A DNA stretch of 25,058 nucleotides from the IMG/VR virus record IMGVR_UViG_3300012667_000430, positions 1-25,058 of that record. The stretch is one strand, 5' to 3'. The position numbers were made by a program, and so were the translations under genes. Below are positions 1 through 6,294 of this stretch, piece after piece. The DNA comes from a virus (Duplodnaviria > Caudoviricetes). How positions within the stretch are numbered: position 1 is the stretch's first letter; each line of letters starts with the position of its first letter. The notes under the pieces were generated by a model, which was not told the DNA's origin, did no database searches, and saw only the letters and a program-made list of their open reading frames with translations.

Positions 1-46
1 GGTCGATTTGGTTCAGTACGCTCTCGGCCTTGGGTAAGTCGCTCAT
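1..46 (-). CDS. 5' end of a gene running off the window (MSDLPKAESVLNQID...)
   Basis: ATG at 46-44 overlaps (ATGA) the TGA at 45-43 that ends the frame-corrected upstream gene. The frame is open to the window edge. Confidence 0.55.
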   Translation of the reverse strand, partial: MSDLPKAESVLNQID

Positions 47-440
47 GGGCAGCCCGGACTCATGTCGTTGCCGCCGTACACGCGGCGCTCCCACCGGTCC
101 TTGCAGTAGTCAGCCGCGCAGGACTTGGCATCGTCGGGCATCCAGGCCATATTGAACACAGCGTCACGGCCTCCACAGGAAGGCTAATCACATGGTCGAT
201 TGCCCAGCCAGGGCACGGCCCTTTGTGCAGGCCGGTGCTTGGGCACGCCCATATTTTCTTGAAGGCGTTGATGACCTTCGTGGAGCGGTGGATGGAGCCA
301 TCAGCGTCACGTACGACCTCCCCGGCGTAGCGGTAGTCAACGATGGGGTCAAGTGCCTGAGCTCTGGCCGAGTTCGCCCAGAACACCCAGAGCCAAACGG
401 AAGCGGTGGCGATGAGCACGGCTTTTGTGACTCTTTCCAC
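43..440 (-). pseudogene. Signal-peptide-bearing HNH-endonuclease-like protein with a 1-nt frameshift near 178-180 (pseudogene or sequence error)
   Basis: ORF 60..440 reads ...CPSTGLHKGPCPGWAIDHVISL and then loses the motif. Shifting frame after CTT CC gives CGGRDAVFNMAWMPDDAKSCAADYCKDRWERRVYGGNDMSPGCP*, completing a DH..L.CGG.D...N HNH motif. The N-terminus is hydrophobic and ends in ARA/AQA. Confidence 0.7.
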
Positions 441-441
441 A

Positions 442-915
442 TCATTCTCCCAAGTTGATCAAGTTGGCTGCAACCCTGCGACTCCAGCCTTTTCCAAAAA
501 TGTCCCAAGTAGATAGCCGAGTCATGAAGTCCAGTCGGTGTCCGCTGAATCGAGCGGCGACTACTTCAGCGTCCAATCGCTTGATGGCGGAGAGAGTGAG
601 CGGCCCGACAACACCGTCATCCGCCACGCCAACTGAGCGCTGCAGGAAGCGAATGGATTGGCCTATGCCTGAGTTAACCGCGCAGTCAAAGACTTGAAAA
701 GCAACATCAGGAGGAAGCGTCTCACACTTGGCCCGCTCCCAGTAGTCCCGCTTGTAGATGGCTTTTGCTTCGTCAATAGTCAAATTGGCAATATCAACGT
801 CTGGATATGCACGTTTGGAAATTCCAAACTTGGTTTCTCCACCAGGGTCAGCAGGATTGTTTACATAGCCGCCCTCATGGCCCACCAGTACCTCAAACGC
901 TTGGTCAAAAGTCAT
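442..915 (-). CDS. Endolysin, glycoside hydrolase family 108 with a C-terminal peptidoglycan-binding domain
   Basis: HEGGYVNNPADPGGETKFGISKRAYP (EGGY motif), FDCAVNSG, DGVVGPLT and FGKGWSRR. It follows two holin-like genes. Confidence 0.92.
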   Translation of the reverse strand: MTFDQAFEVLVGHEGGYVNNPADPGGETKFGISKRAYPDVDIANLTIDEAKAIYKRDYWERAKCETLPPDVAFQVFDCAVNSGIGQSIRFLQRSVGVADDGVVGPLTLSAIKRLDAEVVAARFSGHRLDFMTRLSTWDIFGKGWSRRVAANLINLGE

Positions 916-1166
916 TTGTCAGCCTTCCCATCAACCTTCAATTCAATCCGGTCGAGCTTGGTGAAGATGGCGGTTGCCAGCTTGTCGAAGCTCTCGCGGG
1001 TGATGTACTGCCCTGCGACCAACACCTCAATCTTCTGCACCTTGTTTGCCAGAGCCGTATCAGAATCGTGCAGAGCCTTGATGCTGTCCCGCAATGAGTT
1101 AAGCACCCATCCACCGAGAAAGGCCACCAGCGACAAAACAATGTTGAAGGCGAGCTGAATGTCCAT
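912..1166 (-). CDS. Putative holin/lysis membrane protein (N-terminal TM helix plus coiled coil)
   Basis: Hydrophobic LAFNIVLSLVAFLGGWVL followed by an amphipathic helix. It overlaps the endolysin start by ATGA. Confidence 0.65.
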   Translation of the reverse strand: MDIQLAFNIVLSLVAFLGGWVLNSLRDSIKALHDSDTALANKVQKIEVLVAGQYITRESFDKLATAIFTKLDRIELKVDGKADK

Positions 1167-1367
1167 TCACTTCTCCGCGAGCGCAGTAGTCGTGATGTTC
1201 CGCATGGCGATCATTGCCATTGGCCACACCATGAACAAGTATGGGCGGTACGCTGGTGCAATGAATTGGCTAAAGAACTGAACTTGCGACTCAATCCCAC
1301 TGATGAGTCCAAGAAGCAGCGCTACTTTTACCGTGCGCGAACCGAGGTTTTTAATTAGTAGTTCCAT
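1167..1367 (-). CDS. Putative holin-like small membrane protein (66 aa, two hydrophobic segments)
   Basis: Start reassigned to the ATG at 1367 (MELLIKNLGS...), which has GGAG upstream. Hydrophobic segments VALLLGLISGI and YLFMVWPMAMIAM. It abuts the next lysis gene. Confidence 0.6.
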   Translation of the reverse strand: MELLIKNLGSRTVKVALLLGLISGIESQVQFFSQFIAPAYRPYLFMVWPMAMIAMRNITTTALAEK

Positions 1368-1443
1368 GCCACCGCTCCAATCGTTATGAAAAAGATGGTT
1401 GCGAGGTACAAGAGGATTGCAACCCAAACAGTGCGGCGAGCCA

Positions 1444-1908
1444 TCACAGCCCCAGCTTGGCGCGCTCGGTGCGCCCCCATTGACGTACCGATTCAACAAA
1501 TTCACCAAACACAGTCATCGCCTGAATTTCATCACTGGCCGGGCTATAAAGTCCCATTGAGGCGCCTACGCCAATGCGGGCGAAATACATTTCCTCATCA
1601 ATGCTGTAGCTGGCGCGAATCTTTTGAATCATTAAGTCCCCAATAAGGCGCACACTTGGACTGGCAGCCTTGATCTGCTCCTTAAGCACGGGGTCCAGTG
1701 GAGTTTCTAGCACCTCTACGCTGGCAGCAATAGCCGCAGGCTGGCTGGCGGGCAGCGTGTAGCCTGGGAATAGAGCAACAACAGTGCGGCCGTCTGGAAG
1801 CGTGGCCAACTCCTGACCGGCTTGCTCGCCCTGTTGGGGCTCAGGCATACGCAGCGTGTGGGTGGTAACGGAGTCGATAACTTTGCGGTAGGCGATCAAA
1901 GAGGTCAT
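1444..1908 (-). CDS. Phage protein, possibly a tail fibre assembly/chaperone-like protein
   Basis: 154-aa ORF with plausible composition and a helical C-terminus (IRASYSIDEEMYFARI...FVESVRQWGRTERAKLGL). It lies directly after the fibre/DGR block. Function is inferred from position only. Confidence 0.55.
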   Translation of the reverse strand: MTSLIAYRKVIDSVTTHTLRMPEPQQGEQAGQELATLPDGRTVVALFPGYTLPASQPAAIAASVEVLETPLDPVLKEQIKAASPSVRLIGDLMIQKIRASYSIDEEMYFARIGVGASMGLYSPASDEIQAMTVFGEFVESVRQWGRTERAKLGL

Positions 1909-2860
1909 GGTGTTTTTCCTTCAAGTAGGTGAGCAGGGGTTTGAGTGAGCAGGTGCGTTTGGAGTGGCCAAGTCTTGAAACGATGGCCTCCAGATTTCCT
2001 TTGCGAGCATCCGTGCGCAGGGCGCTGACAATGTGCGGGCGCACGAACCGGGCTGCTGCCCAAGTGCGAAAGCCAACAAAGTTGGCGCCACGCTTGATGG
2101 GCTGCAGGCTGTAGTGACTGATCTCCAGGCCCAAAAGCGCAAGGTGGGCTTTGATGCCATCAAGCCACTGCAGGCCGATTGTTCGACTGGGGGCGAGCAT
2201 GATGCTGTCATCCATGTATCGCCCGTAATCACGCACCTTTAGCACGCGCTTGCAGTAGTGGTCTAGGCTGTTGAGATAGACGTTGGCAAAGGTTTGGCTA
2301 AGCAGGTTTCCTATGGGTACGCCGGTCTTGTCGGGCCTGTGAGAAAACAGCTTCATGATGCGCAGCGTTGGCTTGCACTTAACCATTTTTGCAAGCAGAA
2401 GCTGCAATACATCGCGGTCAATGCTGTAGAAAAACTTTCTCACATCCACATGTAACACCCATGCAGTGCGAGCGGCGCGGCGCATAGCAGATTGCAGCCA
2501 GTCGGCGGCGGCGTGCGTGCCCTTTCCAACACGGCAGGCAAAGTTGGTGGCGATGTAGTGGCGCTCGAAGATTGGCGACACTGCGGCGTAAACAGCATGC
2601 TGCACCACCAGGTCACGAAACGCAGGCGCCTCGATCAGGCGCGGCTTTCGGCCATCGTGCACCATGAACCTATTGCAGACGTGTGGCTTGTAGGTTTGGG
2701 TTTGCAGCTCGTGCAGCAAGGCAGACAGGTTTGCACCAAGATTTCGGCCAAAGTCATAGCAGGCCCGGTGACTGCGCTTCTGACGGCTTGCCTGGTGGAA
2801 TGCAGCCAGCAGAGAATCCATGGTGCAGATGCCTGCATACAGGTTGCCTGCGCGCTTCAT
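1841..2860 (-). CDS. DGR reverse transcriptase (339 aa)
   Basis: RT motifs KPRLIEAPAFRDLVVQHA, FACRVGKGTHAA, DVRKFFYSID, GVPIGNLLSQTFANVYL (DGR-type IGNxxSQ), YGRYMDD and NFVGFR. Likely start is MKRAGNLY at 2860. Adjacent to TR and avd. Confidence 0.95.
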   Translation of the reverse strand: MKRAGNLYAGICTMDSLLAAFHQASRQKRSHRACYDFGRNLGANLSALLHELQTQTYKPHVCNRFMVHDGRKPRLIEAPAFRDLVVQHAVYAAVSPIFERHYIATNFACRVGKGTHAAADWLQSAMRRAARTAWVLHVDVRKFFYSIDRDVLQLLLAKMVKCKPTLRIMKLFSHRPDKTGVPIGNLLSQTFANVYLNSLDHYCKRVLKVRDYGRYMDDSIMLAPSRTIGLQWLDGIKAHLALLGLEISHYSLQPIKRGANFVGFRTWAAARFVRPHIVSALRTDARKGNLEAIVSRLGHSKRTCSLKPLLTYLKEKHHDLFDRLPQSYRLRYHPHAAYA

Positions 2861-3010
2861 GGTTGGGCTCCAGTGCCAATTTTCACAAAGAGGCCAACAT
2901 GGGCCAGTGGTGTTACCAAAGGGCACTGGCGCAGAACATTTCGCCGCAAGGCGCGACGGAGGCTCCCTCTTTGCCAATCAGCACACGCTGCATGAGGCGT
3001 ATATGGCACA
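2861..3010 (-). ncRNA. DGR spacer (Sp-like) region between TR and RT, 3' part of the template RNA
   Basis: 150 nt between the TR end and the RT start, containing inverted repeats (2870-2877 with 2922-2929; 2903-2909 with 2924-2930). Same position as the Sp region of the Bordetella phage BPP-1 DGR. Confidence 0.6.
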
Positions 3011-3127
3011 GAGTCGGAGCGAAAGCCCACGTTGTTGTTCGAGTTGGACCGAACGTTGTTCAGATTCAGATACCAGACCCCGGCAATGGCGCCGTTGTTC
3101 CAGTTACCGCCAGAAATCACGCACAGC
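3011..3127 (-). repeat. DGR template repeat (TR), 117 bp
   Basis: Ungapped match to 3598-3714 (offset 587) with 16 mismatches, 15 of them at TR adenines on the coding strand. It has ten AAC/AAT codons in the VR frame. Confidence 0.97.
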
Positions 3128-3130
3128 ATG

Positions 3131-3556
3131 TCAAGCCTCCACCGCATTCACGGGCTCTCGCCCATGAATTTCTGCATTGACCCATCCGCCAATCATCCGG
3201 CCCAGCTCGTCCACCATCCGCGAAATCACCAGATGCCGGTGTGCACCCGGCGCCTGTGCATCCTTGCGGCCTGCACTGTAGTTGAACAAGCCCAATTCAT
3301 GGGCCAGATTGATCAGCATGCGCAACTGTTCGTGGCGCACGTCCAGTTGGGTCAATGTGTTTTTCTTGTGGTAGCGCTTTTGGGCCTCAGTCACCAGGTT
3401 GTACACATCCACATAGGCCTGCCGGATGCCCTGCGTGAGCGTGTATTTGTGGCAGTTTGGGAAGTGGGCCAAGTAGCCCTCCAACTGCACGCCAAACAGC
3501 ACGATCTTGCGGTGCAAGCTAGCCTCCGAGTGGATGGATTTGGATGTGGTGACCAT
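3131..3556 (-). CDS. avd: DGR accessory variability determinant (Avd, four-helix bundle)
   Basis: 141 aa with FPNCHKYTLTQGIR, LDVRHEQLRMLINLAHEL and VDELGRMIGGW, typical of Avd proteins. It sits between the target gene and TR. Confidence 0.9.
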   Translation of the reverse strand: MVTTSKSIHSEASLHRKIVLFGVQLEGYLAHFPNCHKYTLTQGIRQAYVDVYNLVTEAQKRYHKKNTLTQLDVRHEQLRMLINLAHELGLFNYSAGRKDAQAPGAHRHLVISRMVDELGRMIGGWVNAEIHGREPVNAVEA

Positions 3557-3561
3557 GGGTT

Positions 3562-3585
3562 GCCCTAATCGCTACCGCTCAGGGC
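3562..3585 (-). promoter_or_regulatory. Hairpin immediately downstream of VR/IMH (candidate DGR target-recognition element)
   Basis: The minus strand reads TGA-TG-GCCCTGA-GCGGTAGCGA-TTAGGGC. GCCCT/AGGGC forms a stem extendable by G-T and A-T pairs. It is absent after TR. Confidence 0.55.
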
Positions 3586-3587
3586 CA

Positions 3588-4937
3588 TCAAAGATACGAG
3601 GCGGAGCGAAAGCCCACGTAGTGGAGCGAGTCGGACCGAACGTCGCTCAGACCCAGACACCAGACCCCGGCAATGGCGCCGTTGTCCCAGCCACCGCCAG
3701 AACGCACGCACAGCTCATTGGGCCGGTAGTCATACATGCCGTCATTACCAAACTGGTTGGAGCCACCCACGCCAGTCAACAAAGGAATGCCAGCGCCCGC
3801 TGCAGCCCACGCGGTGCCGCTGGTGGCCTCAGACAGCACTTGTGATGCGGAGCCAAACACTTTGTTGGAGCTGGTGGCGGTAAGCGCCCCCCAAGTTGCG
3901 CCAATATCGGTGTACATGGCGGCCAACCCAGTTGCGCCCCATGCGTCGGTCGCCAGGGTGTTGCCACCGGTGATGGTGGTCACATCCACACCCGTGTTGA
4001 GCAAGTAGAAGTTGGTGCCATTGCTGGTGAAGCCAAGCTCTATGGAATAGAAGTTGCCATTCAAATCAGCCACGCCATTGTTTTGACCGTTGTGGGTGGT
4101 CTTGGCAAAGAAGTTTGCGCTTCCAGTCTTTGCGGCGCCCGCATAAGTGCCGTTGCCATCAGACACGTAAGCGATGGTCGCATCATTGGCATCACCCAAT
4201 GCATTGTTGTTGCAGCCCTTGGGGTAGTTTGTGCTGCCTGCGCTGTACCAGGCGCAATAGGTGGTCCCGGTAGATGCGCTGGCGTGCGCATTGGCCAGAA
4301 GCGCCAGCGCCGCGCGGATAAAGCGCGTGTTGCAAAAGAAGCTGCTGCCGCGTGTTTTTGCGGCAGCGATGGCGCCGTAGTAGGCATCCGCCGGGGCACC
4401 GGTGAGGTTGCTGAATTGCTCATTGCTGAGCGTGCCACGCGCGGCGCTGGACAACGGGATGCCGTTCTTAATGGAGCTGGCCACGCCCGCGTTGTAGCTG
4501 CACATGTATTTGTCAACAAAAACGCCGGGGCGGATGGTACCGCCGTTGTAAAAGGCGCGGTGTAGTGCGTAGCCTGCTGCGTTGGCTGTGGCCACGTCTG
4601 CGTAGGCGCTGAAGGCCTTCACGTCCACCACATTCAGGCCAACCCCATTCAGTCCGGTACCGTACTTGTAATAAAACGCGGGCATGTAGACCATGACCGA
4701 ACCATCGGTGTATTGGTAGTTGCCGTAGTTGTCGCTGGCCGGGTCTTCGGTGCCGTACAGCTTGGCAAAGCCGCTGGGGAGTTGCGGGGCAATGCCCACG
4801 CCAAAGCCCTGCTGACCGGCCACGCCAATATGGTTGATAGACCCGGCGCCCGTGGCGGTGCCTACGCGGATGCCGTTGGGGAATGAAACGGGTTGGCCGT
4901 CTGGGGTTGTGACTGCGCGAACGGATAGGGTAGACAT
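3588..4937 (-). CDS. DGR target protein: receptor-binding/tail fibre protein with a C-terminal C-type-lectin (FGE-like/Mtd-like) fold
   Basis: Motifs GVFVDKY, GVADLNGNF, SGGGW and a terminal VGFRSA. The last ~40 codons are the VR. It is the last gene of the tail-tip module. Confidence 0.9.
   Translation of the reverse strand: MSTLSVRAVTTPDGQPVSFPNGIRVGTATGAGSINHIGVAGQQGFGVGIAPQLPSGFAKLYGTEDPASDNYGNYQYTDGSVMVYMPAFYYKYGTGLNGVGLNVVDVKAFSAYADVATANAAGYALHRAFYNGGTIRPGVFVDKYMCSYNAGVASSIKNGIPLSSAARGTLSNEQFSNLTGAPADAYYGAIAAAKTRGSSFFCNTRFIRAALALLANAHASASTGTTYCAWYSAGSTNYPKGCNNNALGDANDATIAYVSDGNGTYAGAAKTGSANFFAKTTHNGQNNGVADLNGNFYSIELGFTSNGTNFYLLNTGVDVTTITGGNTLATDAWGATGLAAMYTDIGATWGALTATSSNKVFGSASQVLSEATSGTAWAAAGAGIPLLTGVGGSNQFGNDGMYDYRPNELCVRSGGGWDNGAIAGVWCLGLSDVRSDSLHYVGFRSASYL
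3598..3714 (-). repeat. DGR variable repeat (VR), with IMH at its 3' end
   Basis: Encodes LCVRSGGGWDNGAIAGVWCLGLSDVRSDSLHYVGFRSA, versus TR LCVISGGNWNNGAIAGVWYLNLNNVRSNSNNNVGFRSD. Confidence 0.97.
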
Positions 4938-5407
4938 TAGGTGATGCTCCAGGTGGCGTTATCGGAAATGGTGACGGTCACGCCGTCCGAGACTTGAATT
5001 GGACCGGTGCTGGCGGCGTTGTAGGTGCTGGGTACCGTAAGGTCGGTAGCGATTTGGCGCGGGTTGAAGCGCACTGGACTGTCCGGGTTGGTGGCCTGCG
5101 CCGTGCTGGCATACCCTGCCGCAGCGGCGGCACTGGCTGCGGCTGCGGCGGCGTTTGCAACCGGGCTCTGAGCAGCCACTGCGGCTGCGGCAGCCTGGGT
5201 AAGGATGCGGTCGGCCTGGGTGGCGCTAGACCAATCAAAAACCTCTTGCGTGCGGGAAATAATCCACGCCATGGCTGCAGAAAGGTCCGTCCAAGCAGTT
5301 GGAAACCATGACAAAAAGGCATCGCCCCGAGTGGCAAAGTTGACCGAATCCGAACGCGATGGCGGTGTAGGCGGGCTAGTAATGGTGGGTTGGGTTGGTA
5401 TGGTCAT
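4937..5407 (-). CDS. Tail-tip/fibre adaptor protein
   Basis: N-terminal PPSRSDSVNFATRGDAFL, an Ala-rich coiled segment, and a C-terminal beta-rich NAASTGPIQVSDGVTVTISDNATWSI. Translationally coupled to both neighbours. Confidence 0.65.
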   Translation of the reverse strand: MTIPTQPTITSPPTPPSRSDSVNFATRGDAFLSWFPTAWTDLSAAMAWIISRTQEVFDWSSATQADRILTQAAAAAVAAQSPVANAAAAAASAAAAAGYASTAQATNPDSPVRFNPRQIATDLTVPSTYNAASTGPIQVSDGVTVTISDNATWSIT

Positions 5408-6294
5408 GTAAGGCCTTCAATTTCAAGGTAGCAAAGCGATCCGTCCGCATATTCAACAGAGATTGAAAAATCTCGATAGAAGCCGTACAGGTTCAGCATT
5501 TCGTAACCTGGCGTTTCTGTAGAAATCCAGACGCAAGGCGTGGCGCGCAATTCAGCCAAGATGCTGCGCACCTTGTTAAGCTGCTGGTTGCTGAGGTACA
5601 TACTGGTGGACAGTCGCTTGCTGAACGACCGCCGAACAAATGTGGTGACGCCCAGCGCGGATGTGTCTTTGCGGCTGTAGTCAATGATTCCGGCGTTGGG
5701 TGCCGACAGGGATTGCCCAAGGTAGTACACCGTGCCCGCCACCAGAATTCCGCATTTGGCCGTGCCGCCGCTGGTGATGGTGATGGTGATGTGGGCATCT
5801 CCATAGGGCGGCAAATCGGTCAGCACCACTTCGGAGAGCTGCACATACGGCTCAAAGAAATACTGGTACCAATCTGAAATGATGGTCCCATCCAGCGACT
5901 TGGTAAATGAATAGACGATGGAGCCCGCCAGCGCATCGCGCACCGTGACGGTCAGCGTGGTGCCTTCTAGGCCAAACAGGGCCAAGCTGTTGCAAAGCCC
6001 TGGCTTTATGACAACCGTCAGGGTGGATGTGGCGCTAGTTTGTGTGCTTATCTCGCCGTCAAACATTGCCCATTGGTTGGTTGGGCCAATGTCCGTCCAG
6101 TAAAGCGGGCTGGTTTCTGGTGTGTTGTTGGTGCTGGGGCCCTGAATGCACTGGTAAATTCGATTGGTGGTTGATCGAATAACCCGCGCATCGAGCGCGT
6201 AAGCGGTTGCACTATTCCACGCGCTGTAGGCTTCCGTGGCCGTGCTGCTGACCAGCATTGCCGAAGTGATGGGGGTTGGCTTGGTTACTTTCAT
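5404..6294 (-). CDS. Tail-tip protein (possibly distal-tail-like) with a small carbohydrate-binding-like N-terminal motif
   Basis: Directly follows the TMP (ATGA overlap). AWNSATAYALDARV...IYQCI...PLYW resembles CBM5/12-like motifs. Confidence 0.65.
   Translation of the reverse strand: MKVTKPTPITSAMLVSSTATEAYSAWNSATAYALDARVIRSTTNRIYQCIQGPSTNNTPETSPLYWTDIGPTNQWAMFDGEISTQTSATSTLTVVIKPGLCNSLALFGLEGTTLTVTVRDALAGSIVYSFTKSLDGTIISDWYQYFFEPYVQLSEVVLTDLPPYGDAHITITITSGGTAKCGILVAGTVYYLGQSLSAPNAGIIDYSRKDTSALGVTTFVRRSFSKRLSTSMYLSNQQLNKVRSILAELRATPCVWISTETPGYEMLNLYGFYRDFSISVEYADGSLCYLEIEGLT

Noticed and set aside
1389-1424. Possible terminator before the lysis genes (GGTTGC/GCAACC then ATCTTTTT)
   Set aside because: The 16-nt unpaired loop and the offset U-tract make it too weak to call.
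1841-2977. RT as a group II intron, retron or Abi RT, and the longer 378-aa start
   Set aside because: No maturase/endonuclease extension is visible, while avd and an adenine-specific TR/VR pair are adjacent. The extra 39 codons lie in the spacer, so 2860 is the preferred start.
2857-3147. 96-aa ORF resembling the target C-terminus (GGNWNNG...NNNVGFR)
   Set aside because: It is TR read in the VR frame. It is open because of TR codon design, and TR acts as RNA.
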